Shown piece by piece: positions 19,546 through 31,242 of a DNA stretch of 49,719 nt (the stretch's first letter is position 1; the number at the start of each line of letters is the position of its first letter). The translations under genes were made by a program, and so were the position numbers. This DNA comes from Minutocellus sp. GHC0000111. Lineage: Eukaryota. The DNA lies in the NCBI GenBank assembly GCA_977018835.1, contig OZ361260.1, forward strand, positions 4,216,001 to 4,265,719, in the 5' to 3' direction. The notes under the pieces were generated by a model, which saw nothing but the letters and a program-made list of their open reading frames with translations, was not told the origin of the DNA and searched no databases.

Positions 19546-22500
19546 TTACATTGCCTTCGGCTTCTTTTCCTCGTCATCGTCGTTATTTGCAAAATTGTGC
19601 GAGAAATCCATTTCGGGTGGACATTCACGCTTGCTGCGTCTGGGAGGGGTCCAACCAAACTCCTTTTTAGCAATATCTTCGCACTCCTTTGAGCAGTGAA
19701 TGTACGCATACTTCTTGATGGAGTCGTACCCGAGCTTCTCCAGACGCTCACAACGGCCAAGGAGACGAACATCCTTCTTGGGGAGACAGTCCTCGCAGAA
19801 AGAGCTGGAACAAGTTTGGCATGGAAAGAGAATGCCGCTGGCACCGGACCAAGTTCTGCCACAGCCAGTGCAGTGATGGTGGGAGCAGCAGGCAAAGTAT
19901 TTGGGGTCATTGCCGACGCCAGAGCAATGGAGATGCAGCGAGATAGGACATTTAGGACAACGGAGCATGTTGGGACCACTTCCACTTTCGCCGCAAGCCT
20001 GGCAAAAATCTTGATGGGCATAGTCCTGGACAGCCTTCTTACGACCGGTGCTGGCCGCGATCTTCTTGCCCTTGAGTTCCTTGTCGAAGACGGAACTCTC
20101 GCCGCTCTCCAACTCGTAGTTGTTGGAGGCAAGAACTGGGACGTAGGCCGAACCATATCCAGATCCATCGCCTTTCACCATGACCAATCGGCTCTTACGG
20201 TCTCGCTTCTCCGTGCTCTGGCCATTGGCCTTGGCCCAATGCACCGCCACATCTCGGATGCTGCTGGGAATGTTGCTGCCCTCCTCCTTCTTTTGCTTCT
20301 CACGGAGGCTACGGAAGTCAACGCCCCCAAAAGTCTGGGTGTCCTTTAGACCGAATTCGGCGTCAAAATTGTCCGTAGTTTGGACTGAACTCTTGAGCTT
20401 ACCCAACGAGTCATTCTCGGTACGCTTGCGATCGGTAATAATGTCAATGTCCTCGTTGGTCGGCAGCAGGTTCTGGGAGGTGTCGCCAAAAACAGCATTG
20501 CAGCCGAACTGAATGGACTTGAGCAGCTCCGATCCAGACATGCCCTTGTCCTTCTCCTCCGAGTCAGATGATCCGCGATTGACCATCTTGTCCAGGTAGA
20601 GCTTCTTCTGGGCTCTCTCAACAATTCTTTCTTCAATGGTGCCACCGGAAACAAGACGGTAGACGTGGACGGTCTTCTTCTGGCCGATGCGATGGACACG
20701 AGCCATTGCTTGAAGGTCTGGCTGGGGGTTCCAGTCACTGTCGAACAAGATGCAGGTATCGGCAGTCTGCAGGTTGAGACCCATGCCTCCACTACGCGTG
20801 CTCATCAAAAACACAAACTGGTCCGAATCGGGAGCGTTGAACTGGTTGATGATGAAGTTTCTCCGGGCGCGGGGCGTCGATCCATCGAATCTGCAATACT
20901 TCCAACCACGCATTCTGCAATAATCATCCAAAATATCAAGGACGCTAGTAAATTGGGAGAACAAGACGGTGCGATGGCCCTTCTGGAAGAGACTGCGGAG
21001 AAGCTTGTCGAGCGTCGCTAGCTTGCCACTTGCGGCGATAAGATCCTGCAGCGTGGTTGCCTCAATATCGAGCTCGGCACCATCAAAGAGGAAGGGGTGA
21101 AGACAGCACTTCCGCAGCTGCATCATGAGATTGTTGAGCTGCGACGTGGCAGCAGCTGGCGCGGCCTGCTTCTCCTGGCCATTGCCAGCCTCCTGGGCCT
21201 CGACCTTGTCGGTCATCCTGGCCAATAAACTTAGATCCTTCATCAAGATGGCCTTGTACCAGAAGGTTTGAGTCTGGCTAAGCGGACAAATGACCTGGGT
21301 TTCGATCTTGGGAGGCATGAGCTTCTCGACCTCGTCCTTCATGCGACGAATCATGAACAAATCCAAAAGCGCGTGGGCCTCAACGAGCTTCTCCTTGTCG
21401 ACAGAGTTGTGCACAATGTCAAAGGCATCGGCAAAAGGTTGAGTTGTGGTGAAAATGTCGGGATACAGAAAATTCAGTAGCGACCACAACTCCACAAGAT
21501 TGTTCTGAAGCGGCGTTCCAGTCAAAATGAGCTTGTTCTCACAATGGATGTGGCGCACACCCTGACTGATGAGCGACTCGGCATTCTTGATCTTATGTCC
21601 CTCGTCGAGAACCAGATAGTTGAAATGCATTCTCGACCAAAGACTAGCGAGACTAGGGACCTTGGCCATCTCATAAGTCGTGACGACCACGTCGTAGGAG
21701 GTGGCCTTTTCGGTGAAGGCCTTCTTCTGCCTCTCCCGCTCATCAAGACATGAGGAGTGAAGAAGCAGATACTTGAGGTCGGGCGCCCACTTTTCCAGCT
21801 CGGAGCACCATGAGTAAAGCACCGATAGCGGGCAAATTACGAGGGACGGACCAGTCACCTTCTCGTGTTCCTTGATATGCGCGAGGAGGGAGATAGTCTG
21901 CAGTGTCTTTCCAAGTCTGCGGGTGAAAAATAATGGGGGCAGAGATAAAATTATTGATGAGTAAGCCGATTATGTCGCATCAAATGGGACAGTACAATGC
22001 AATCGAATAACATAAAACAACTCACCCCATCTCATCGCCGAGGATCATGCCCGCATTCATGGCATGCATCTTGGCCATCCAATTCAGACCAATCATTTGG
22101 TAGTCCCGGAGCTCGCCCTTGATCATGTCGGGCTGCATGGACATGTCCTTCCCCGTATCCTTGACGGCTGGCGTAACGGCAAGGTGCTCGTTGGTCTTGG
22201 AATCAACAAATGGCTCAATGATCTTGGCATTCTTGGCCAGATATCCCATCCGAGCCTTGGCCTTGGATGCGACGCGGCCCTTCACAATCTCATTGTGCTT
22301 GGCACGCTCCTTCTCGGCCTTGCTGGGTGCCCTAGGCTTGCGGGGCGGCTTCTTGGCCGCGGCCTTCTTGGTCTGGTTGTTGGGCTTGGGAAGACGGGCC
22401 AGGGCACCGCCATCGGTGGCCGTACCGTTGGCATCAAAGGCTCCGTGGACGTACTCTCCGCCCTTGACGACGTAGTTGTTGTCGCGCTTGACGGCATATC

Positions 22501-22891
22501 CGTCCACATAGATGAGAGTGCTCTTCTTCTCCCGCGAAGAGCGACGGTTGGCTTGCAGAGGAGGAGTATCGGCGGTAAGGTCAATGGCACCCGCGGCGGC
22601 GGTGGCCGGAATTTCATCATCGTTGCCCGTCAAATCAATAGCCGCAGGAGTCGATGCGAGACTGCTCAGGTCCGTAGCAGCAGTGGGAGTCGGGGAGGCC
22701 CGAGGCTTGCCAGTAGTAGTATCGGCAAATACCGACGTAAGGGCCGAGGCAGCGCCAGACAAGACCGAACCAACCGACTGCTTGAGGCGCTTAGCCGCGC
22801 TGTCGTTCGAGGGGGTGTCCAGCTGCTCAATGTGAGACTCCTCCTCTGCCTTGAGGGCGGCAAAGGCACGCTTCTCTCCACTGGTGTCCAT
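19546..22891 (-). CDS. SNF2-family chromatin-remodelling ATPase (ISWI/Lsh-like core) with C-terminal PHD-type fingers; intron 22025-21917
   Basis: Motifs LRDYQMIGLNW, ILGDEMG|LGKTLQ (spanning the intron), LDEGHKIKN, LTGTPLQNNL, STRSGGMGLNL and DWNPQPDLQAMARVHRIGQ, plus a Cys/His-rich C-terminus. Confidence 0.93.
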
Positions 22892-23143
22892 GGTTGCGTT
22901 TGTGCTTGATTTTGGTCGGAAGAAAGCTGGACGGTCGGAAGATGGGATCGGATGGGCACGAACGCGAGTCGAGTCAGAGGCGTTACGTAAATCGATGGTA
23001 TGAGCGGTATCGACAGCGAATCCGAGAATGAACTCTGACAATCGAGCAAATAAATGGATGGATAGACAACGTCACGCTCTCTTCGACAACGCCGATGGTT
23101 CCGCTCGGAAGACAAGTCGAAGAGTGAGGTGGTTGGGGTGGCG

Positions 23144-23169
23144 GGCGTGTGGCGGTTCCGCCACACGCC
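23144..23169. promoter_or_regulatory. Inverted-repeat dyad in the divergent SNF2/threonine aldolase promoter
   Basis: GGCGTGTGGCGG-TT-CCGCCACACGCC (12-bp arms). Confidence 0.5.
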
Positions 23170-23334
23170 GTGGAAATTTTGCGCGCCGGCCGCGCCACAA
23201 TCCCGCCAACGCAAACTTTTCGCGGTCGTTACAAAGCAGTTACGAGTTCGTTCATGTACCTCATTCTTCGAGAAGCAGAGCTGACTGACCTGACCTTGCT
23301 TCCCAATCACTGTAGCAGTTACCCATTCTCCTTC

Positions 23335-24487
23335 ATGGTCTTCCTTGCCGCTCTCCCCCGCGCTGGCGCTCGCGTTACCACTCGTATCCGCTCCGTCTCA
23401 CGCACCAAAAGTACAAGTAGCGATGCGATCGTCGACCTAAGAAGCGACACGGTCACGAAACCAACCAGAGAGATGCTCGAGTGCGCCCTCTCGGCACCGA
23501 TCGGTGACGATGTGATGGGAGAGGATCCGACCGTAACGGAGCTTGAGGAGTATGCAGCCGACGTGTTTGGAAAGGAGAACGGGCTCTTTGTTCCCACAGG
23601 AACGATGAGCAATCTCTGTGCAATCCTTAGTCACTGCCATCAACGTGCATCGGAAATTATTGTCGGAAGTTCCTCGCACATCAATCTGTATGAAGGTGGC
23701 AATGCGGCCAATCTGGGTGGCGTCCATACCAAGCAAATTCATGAGGATCCAGTAAGCGCCACCTTGGACATGGACGAGGTCCGATCGGCATATCGACACG
23801 ACAATGACGATCACTACGCCAAGACGGCATTGGTTTGTTTGGAGAATACACACAACATTTTGGGCGGGGTGGCGCTGCCTAAGGACTACATTGATGAAAT
23901 GAGAAGGTTGGCCAACAATGAGCTGGGCGTTCCTCTTCATATTGATGGTGCCCGTATAATGAATGCAGCCATTTCGCTCGATACTTCGCCATCTGAGCTA
24001 TGTGCAGGTGCCGACTCCATCAGTATCTGCCTATCCAAGGGTCTGGGTGCACCCCTCGGGTCTGTGCTGGTTGGTGAATCAGAATTCATCCGTCTCGCCC
24101 GCAGAGCACGAAAGAGGTGTGGTGGCGGTATGAGACAAGCTGGCGTCGTGGCATCCATGGGTCTATATGCGATTGGCGGAGGATCACATCCGGGCAAAAA
24201 GTTTGGCCCACGCCCTGGGGGCAATGGGCTTTATACTGCCTCGAGATGGACAGGTTGATACGAACCTTGTCTTCTTCGCCTTGCCGGAAGATGCAGACCT
24301 ATCAGTAAATGAATTATGCGAGCGTCTTGATCGAGAATATGGAGAATTAATAGGTGGGGGTTACAGCCGACCAGGCGAGAGAAATATGAACTACATTCGA
24401 GCTGCTACAAACATGGGTGTTGATGATGACGGCATTGAGAGAACCTTGGAGGGAATTGAACGCATTCTCTCTGGTGGTGGAAGATGA
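23335..24487 (+). pseudogene. Low-specificity L-threonine aldolase with a frameshifting deletion near 24170
   Basis: Motifs DLRSDTVT, GDDVMGEDPTV, LENTHN, HIDGAR, CLSKGLGAP and GGGMRQAG. The C-terminal domain (RLAEDH...VDTNLVFF) continues in another frame, and several residues are missing between YA and RLAEDH. Confidence 0.8.
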
Positions 24488-24578
24488 TGGCGGCACGTCT
24501 AGCTACTACCACTCGGCCCTTCGCACGATCGTATATATTTAATAATTGCATGTTACTTTATTCGAAATAAAGTAGTTA

Positions 24579-26330
24579 TTATGGCCTTCCTAGGACAACA
24601 TCGATCGTTCGGTTGCCGAGAATATCTTTGGGGTCATTCTCCCTTCTCTCAGCCTTAAATTTGTCGACAGGATACCGCGCTCTATAGAATTCCTGAAGAT
24701 ACTTAAGCTGCTGCACATCCTGTGGGACCTCCAGCTTTGCCCAGTGGCTAGCAGCGCTGACCTTGCCACCGATCTTTCTCAATAATTCGCAATACCTTCG
24801 CTTGAATTCAGTTGTGATCTCATTCCTCTGCTTCGCATCGTCTGAGGGGAGGTACATAATAATTCCCACCCAACTGTGAAGGCCACCTAGTTCGCCGTGG
24901 GCTGGACTCATTAGAGACGACGAGGATGCCGACCAACGCTGTTCGATGGGAGCAGGAGCAGCAATATCCTCATCTTCAATAGCCTGGAGTAGCTCTTCGA
25001 GAAGCTTCATGTCGTTGCCGTTGTTTGTTTCATACGTTCCAGTGGGGAAACAAACCTCCCACACCCACTGTTGTCCTCCGCAATCGAATTGAAGTCATTT
25101 ATCGCTGGGCTTTGTTTGCCATCCCTCACTGCGTCGCCAGAATTCAGCCTCCACCTTATTGACTCGCTTCACATGATCTTTGTCCAGGGGCGCAAACGAC
25201 AAAAGCGCATCTCTTAGCTCGCCAAATCCCATTCCCATTATGGTCTCCGGGGTGTACGTTTCGTGGTTGTTGCCGGCCAAGTCAATTAGCAAATCTGTGA
25301 GAGGGCGGAATCTCTCCTCTTCCGTGAGGTTAGATGAGTTTTCCTTCATCTCGGCTTCCTTTGGGACTTGATATTCGGGATCATTCGTCACAACGACAAC
25401 GGCATCCTCATAAGGGATCCACATGTAACGCATGTGCTTGTGCTTCTTGAGCAGCGTATCAAGCTGCTTTCTTGCTTCAGCACGGCTTAGCACATAGTTA
25501 TGCTCGACAAGATTGTGGGCGGGGATACAGCGCATTGTTACCTCGCTAACAACACCCAAACATCCCAAACCGACCTTGGCCATTTGGAATCGTTCGCCAT
25601 CTTTCGGGCTGAGCGTAATTGTACCGTGAGCTGGGGTCACCATCTTGAGAGACGTTACAAAGTCATCGACCGGAGTGATCTTTGCTCCAGTACCGTGAGC
25701 ACCGACAGAAATGAAACCTCCCATCTGCTGCTCGGCAATACTGGCCAAGTTGGGCAGCGTCAGACCATGCTTGCGAAGCTCATCCACCACTTGACCAACT
25801 CTTGAACCGGCCTGAACTGTCACGGTCATCTTCTTCTCATCCACGTGAATAATCTCATCCAAATTCACCAGGTTGACCATGCCGGTGGAACGGAATCCAA
25901 TTCCATTGGGGCTGAGCGCCGATCCAATAGGCCGAAGCGGCGTGCCAGTCTCGTGGCACTTCTTCACCAACGCCTCCAGCTCTTCCGTTGACTCCGGTTC
26001 GTGATAGGATGACACCGGCAGATCTACTTGGTGCGTCCCACTCCAATTGAGAATCGTGTGCATTTCGTTCTCATCCTCTTGCTCATCGAGGCCTATGGCT
26101 TTGCTCTCGTCGAGATTTGGAACATTGCTCTGCACATATGCTCCCGAGGTTGCTAAGAGGAGTGCAGCAGCCACGGCCATTGATGAGAAGGTGGCTGGCA
26201 ACTCATCGCCCGTGGAAGCGGCAGCGGCGGAGGAGGATGCAAATGCCGCTGACCTCCGAGGAAGACTACGACCAGCAGCCAGCCGGCGGGCCGAGTGCCG
26301 AGCTGCGAGCGTTGCGCCGGCTTTGAACAT
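24579..26330 (-). pseudogene. GLDH: L-galactono-1,4-lactone dehydrogenase (mitochondrial) with an in-frame TGA at 25097-25095
   Basis: Motifs NWSGTH, GSALSPNG, NLASIAEQQMGG, PSDK*LQFDCGGQQWVWEVCFP, IAAPAPIEQRW and HWAKLE. Both ORFs are in the same frame, separated only by one stop codon. Confidence 0.88.
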
Positions 26331-26520
26331 GATTGTCGCAACGTACCGTTTTATGTGGACCGCCGTGAGGTTTGACATCTCTTGCGCTTTCGCGCTTTCA
26401 CCATGAGCGAGGCAGAGCAGACTGACGCACAACGCCCACTCCCCAGCGTTCGGATTAATGATGATCTATCTTCTGAAAAAAATCTTTCACAGCATCTTCT
26501 TCTGCAATCAGCCAAGAGAA

Positions 26521-27203
26521 ATGAATTGCCTCCTTCGCGTATCGATATCGGCGGTGCTTGGCCTGTTCCTGGCCATAATATGCCTTCAGATCAGACCTGT
26601 GAGGGCATTTGTGGCGCCCGCTTCTTTCACTGATAGTAATAGTGTCAGTAGAACCAGGGTCCTCCTACGTGCCGCAGACGATGATGACGACGAACCGCCG
26701 GACACTGACGACGAAGTCTCTGGGGCATCCTCCATCAACGTATTGGGCACAAAGATGGAATGCTGCTGCGCAAATGTAGGAAATTCTGGCATAGGCACTG
26801 GATTTTACCGTAATGGATTCTGTTCCACCGGCGCTCAAGATTTGGGTCGCCACACAGTCTGCGTGCAAGTCACAGAACAGTTTCTTGCTTTCAGCAAGGG
26901 CGTCAGGAACGATCTTTCCACACCCATGCCTCAGTACATGTTCCCTGGTCTGAAGGAGGGCGATACATGGTGTCTATGCGCCCAGCGGTGGGCACAGGCA
27001 TACCAAATGAAGCCGGAACTTGCTCCCAAACTGTATACCTGAAGGCCACCCACGAGAAGACCTTCTTGGACTACGTGCCATTCGATATTCTCAAGATGTA
27101 TGCTTTAGATAAGGAGGAGGCGGAGGCTGAATTAAAGTCGCTGGATGATCAACGGGCAAAATTGGAGAAGATGGTGAATTCAGATGCCAAGGAATTTGAA
27201 TAA
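26521..27203 (+). pseudogene. DUF2237-family protein, plastid-targeted, frameshifted at about 27035
   Basis: Motifs NVLG...TGFYRNGFCSTG...GRHTVC, NDLSTP...FPGLKEGDTWCLCAQRW. Removing one TA from CTGTATACCTG restores PKLYLKATHEK. The presequence ends VRA-F. Confidence 0.82.
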
Positions 27204-27234
27204 TGTCTGCTGTATACCGGTAGTACAATGTATC

Positions 27235-27524
27235 TGTCAAGACAGACTACGCTCCAAATCGTATCTACTAGGGTAATCTATCTAAATCCTCCACACCGAG
27301 AACGAGTCCTCTATCGATGTAGTGCCCAGAGGGAACAAGACGTATCCAGAGGAGTCCTTGAGAGAGAGGGCTCGTCTGGGTGAAGGAAAGAATGAGGAAG
27401 AACCTCGAAGAAGAATCCTCAACAAAAATCACTACTCCGAATTTCTACCACAGGGTACCCGACATCCGAGTGTCGACCTCAACCCGCCCACGAGCATAGA
27501 GAGAGAGGCTACCTGGCACTGACA
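27235..27524. mobile_element. Solo LTR (290 bp), probably Ty1/copia-type
   Basis: Begins TGTCA and ends TGACA. It is flanked by an exact 5-bp TSD GTATC (27230-27234 and 27525-27529) and has no internal coding region. Confidence 0.85.
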
Positions 27525-27570
27525 GTATCATTAAAAGACGTTAGCATACCGATTACGATTTAATTCCAAA

Positions 27571-28302
27571 TCAACACGTCCAAAGAGGAACACTCTTGAA
27601 CTCCTCAGTTATTTGTGCAACTGTCAGGCCCTTCGTTTCGGGGACAAATCGAAGTGTGAAGTATAGAAAGAATAATGCGGTCGTCACGAATGTAAGGAAA
27701 GTATAGGGCTGAGTGTATTCAAGAAGGTGCGGGAAGCTAAAGGCAACAAGCCAGTTGGCGCCCCAGTTGATGAAGATCCCCACAGTCATGGCAGTATCCC
27801 GAGCATAGAGTGGAAATATTTCAGCAATTATGAACCAGGCAATGCAACCGGGTCCGAAGGCAAAAAACACTACTACCCCAGTCGTTGCGGCAACTGATAC
27901 TTGGTCGATCCAGTCGACATATGGCTTGAAGACGAAGCTCATTGTTAGAATTGAGAAAGAAATGAACAGCCCGATCCAGGACCATGTCAAAAGTGTTTTC
28001 CGTCCCGCAGAGTCCATAAACTTTACGGCAATGATGGTAATGATTACGTTGATAACCCCCAAACACGTTGTTGCGAGCTCTGGATCAGACACGCCTGCCT
28101 GGTAGAATACTGTTGTGCTGTAGTAGAAAACTGTGTCAATTCCACTCCACTGCATCATCAGCTGGCAAGTAATGCCAACAATAAGCTGCTTACGAAGGCT
28201 ACGCTCTTGGAAAAGTTCCACCACGGACATGGTGGTCTTTGTATCACTCTGTGATGCCGACGCTTCACTGCAATGTTCTTGCCAGCCTTGTGGGATATTC
28301 AT
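27571..28302 (-). pseudogene. C-terminal half of an MFS sugar porter (GLUT-like); N-terminal six helices missing
   Basis: Motifs QWSGIDTVFYYS, MDSAGRKTLL, GPGCIAWFIIAEIFP and FVPETKG. There are only about 360 bp before the divergent GT64 start, too little for TM1-6. Confidence 0.75.
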
Positions 28303-28664
28303 TGCTGAGGCTTTCTACATAGTCATATAACGAGTCATCTTGCAAGCAATGACATTTGGAGCACAATGCAACAGAGCAAAGACCAAACTAAAAAGTAAAA
28401 GTCAGATTTTTAATTTATTGAACACATCGCGACGAAGATTTTCGTTGCCGACCTACCTTCCTGTCTTGCCACTCACCCTCCTCGCGGCCGCATTTTGCAC
28501 AAGATTATCGTCCCTGTATTGAATTGTTGTGCTGCCTTGGATCGGCCTGCTGCTTTAGGTCTCGGCATGTACATGTACTAGTAGATGTATCAGGTGGGCG
28601 TCAAAAGTGACTTGTTCGACTCAAAGAAGCACCATCCTCCTCCTCCTGCCATTATTCCGCCACC

Positions 28665-30020
28665 ATGGTCAGCGGCCGCCACGTGCTGCGCAATCGGCCG
28701 ATAACATCATTGAGCAGTAGCGATAGGCTTGAACAGTGTGCCAATGGCGATGGCTGTAATGGAAAGGAGAGAAACAGTAATCGTCGCGGACCAAATCTCA
28801 CCTATGATGCAGACAAGTCCATACCGCCACCGGCCAGAAGGTCAATGGTGGTTGCCCCCATCGCAGCAGTGACGGCGATGTGTGCAGCAATTATATCTCA
28901 TGTGCGTGGTCGATATCGGCAACAGAATTCATGCGTTCGTACGCTGGTGCTTGTAGCAGCAGTCCTGGTCGCATTCTCTTTGCTGTTGGCGCTGCTCGAT
29001 GCCCTCTTCTCAACAGTTGGAATCGCTTCTTCGGCCTCCCCTGCGGCAGCAGCAGCCACATCCTCATTTGCCGTGGTGATTAACACATACAAACGACCAG
29101 ATCGATTGCGCGATGCAGTCTTGCACTATGCCGACACATGTGGCACTAAGTATAAAGTGGGACAGGTTTTTGTGGTCTGGTCCGAACTTGGTGTCGATCC
29201 ACAGTCTGTGAAATCATTCTTCTCTTCACATGGAATTGGTGTTCGGGGAGGGCATTCATCCACTCTCTCGGTGGAAGGAACCGATGTGTATTCAAAAATA
29301 AGACGATCTGAGGTTGCAATAATTAGATCGGAGAAGGATTCTCTCAACAGTCGATTCCTACCAATAAACAATCTCCAATCTGATGCAATATTCATGGTCG
29401 ACGACGATGTGCGGGTCGACTGTTCATCTCTTCTTCAAGGCTTTCGAGCCTGGCAATCCAGTCCTAATTCCATGGTGGGATACTATCCTCGACTGGCTTC
29501 GTCGCCGTTGTATTCTGGAGCTTCTTCCAATTCTGCGGCTGGGAGCAAACGATTGGTCTACCATATTTTTCCAGTTGTCTTTTTGCGAGGTCTGTTTAAT
29601 ATGATTTTGACCAAGGCTTGCTTTCTTCATTCCAAGTATCTTGACTTGTATTCTGGCGATATCCACCCACAAGAGATTCGAGATTACATTGACCAACACA
29701 AGAATTGTGAGGATGTGGCCATGTCATTGCTGGTTGCCAACGCTACAAGAAATACAGACGCTGCGCCAATTTATGTGGAGGGCTCTGTGACCGACACAGG
29801 CCTCTTTGGTGGAATCAGCACTGGGACGGGTCATATGCGAACAAGGTCTGATTGTCTCGACGATATAACGCGCATCTACTCAGAGCATGGGTGGGATATG
29901 CCTCTCATTGATGTGCCTTTGTCGGAAAGATCGTGGCGTCGGCATTATCCTGGGTGGAGATACCAGATTCGGCCGAGCAACGTCTTTGAGTGGTTCAGCT
30001 TTGGAAACCTTTTGACTTGA
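28665..30020 (+). CDS. Glycosyltransferase family 64 (EXTL2/exostosin C-terminal-like)
   Basis: N-terminal TM anchor; motifs VINTYKR, VFVVW, DSLNSRFLP, IFMVDDD, MVGYYPR, MILTKACF, KNCEDVAM and GIST...HMRTRSDCL. Confidence 0.88.
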   Translation: MVSGRHVLRNRPITSLSSSDRLEQCANGDGCNGKERNSNRRGPNLTYDADKSIPPPARRSMVVAPIAAVTAMCAAIISHVRGRYRQQNSCVRTLVLVAAVLVAFSLLLALLDALFSTVGIASSASPAAAAATSSFAVVINTYKRPDRLRDAVLHYADTCGTKYKVGQVFVVWSELGVDPQSVKSFFSSHGIGVRGGHSSTLSVEGTDVYSKIRRSEVAIIRSEKDSLNSRFLPINNLQSDAIFMVDDDVRVDCSSLLQGFRAWQSSPNSMVGYYPRLASSPLYSGASSNSAAGSKRLVYHIFPVVFLRGLFNMILTKACFLHSKYLDLYSGDIHPQEIRDYIDQHKNCEDVAMSLLVANATRNTDAAPIYVEGSVTDTGLFGGISTGTGHMRTRSDCLDDITRIYSEHGWDMPLIDVPLSERSWRRHYPGWRYQIRPSNVFEWFSFGNLLT

Positions 30021-30072
30021 GGCAGAGTTTGGTGGTGCAAAGTATCCATTATTTTATGATTGAACATACTAC

Positions 30073-30658
30073 TCAATCTTCAAAAGAGAGCTGGCAGCAT
30101 GAATCGAGCATTTCCAGACATAGGACCTTCAGTAGATTTGTGCAGACTTGGCGAGATGGTGAATTCTCATTCCTTGCCACTGCGGTCAATAGGACAATGA
30201 GCGCTTGGGCGTCAGCCATCATCTTTCGGCACTCCTTGTGGAAGGATGCATTGAAGAGAAGACGAACGACGTGGTCAGCAATGATGGCCTTCTCTTCGGT
30301 GTCGTCATCGGCATCCGCATCAGTGCTCTCTATGGCAACATGAATGATTGACTTGAGATACTTCCCATCGTTCTGAGACAGCTCTTCCACAACCTCCTCG
30401 AACATACTGGCCTTGCGAAGCAATAGGAGTGATCGGACGACGCAATCCGTCGTCTTGCAAACAAGACAGGCAAAGAGCGCCGTCAGAAGTTGTCCGCTCT
30501 TGAACATTTTACGACGCACGTCCACATCATCTGCCAGATTGTCCAGTATAGCCAGGCAGAGACTGATTATCTGCTCCTGGTTGGAGCTCAAGGCGCTCCG
30601 TCGATTGGAGGAAGATGAAGGTGCACTGCCACTAGCCGTTGTTGTTGTTGTGGTACAT

Positions 30659-30690
<32 letters not shown>

Positions 30691-31242
30691 GCGCGTGATG
30701 GCATCGGCGTCGGTATCGGTACCATCAGTCTCATCGGCACCAAATGACAATGATTGATCGTCCCTCGTCTCCTCGCCGCTGCCATCAGCCTCGTCCTCGT
30801 TCCTAGCACTATCGATACGAGCTCGCTTGACGTTACATGTACGGATAAGATGATCCATGAGGGCGCTACCAATTCCATGGGACAGGAGTAGCGGGTGGTA
30901 ATCAGGGAACAAGGATAGATGGAAGAAGATTTGGCATAGATCGCTTGATACACAACCCTCGCGCAACATTCTCGCAAGAGCGGATAAAAGCTGGTTGTTG
31001 TCTGCTAGCAGCTGAAGAGTCTTGGGGTGCTTGCTTGCTTCGTCGGCGTCGGTATCACCCATGTCAGATCTGAGAAGAGAGGCGGTGTGTTTGACTTCTT
31101 CCATTCTCTTTTCTCCATTCGGCGAATACAAGTGGTCGATGCAGATCGAGCTGCCGTCACCATCTTCTGGTGTTGAGGTGCTGTTGCTTGCATTGGCCTC
31201 ATCAAGCCACTTTCGGCTGTTTTGGTTGATGAAGGAGCTCAT
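30073..31242 (-). CDS. KAP: Kinesin-associated protein (KAP/KIFAP3)-like, strongly shortened
   Basis: IDHLY...LQLLADNNQLLSALARMLREG, IFFHLSLFPDYHPLL...GIG, LAILDNLADDVDVRRKM, LLRKASMFEE and RLLFNASF match the central ARM region of KAP3. The start codon is chosen by plausibility. Confidence 0.7.

Noticed and set aside
25095..25097. Selenocysteine recoding of the GLDH TGA
   Set aside because: The aligned position is aliphatic rather than Cys, and the ~90-bp spacer downstream shows no SECIS-like stem.
27322..27522. 66-aa ORF
   Set aside because: It has a GTG start and lies wholly inside the solo LTR.
30661..30690. (GCT)n microsatellite, and (GCC)n at about 31422
   Set aside because: Ordinary poly-Ser and poly-Ala coding tracts.
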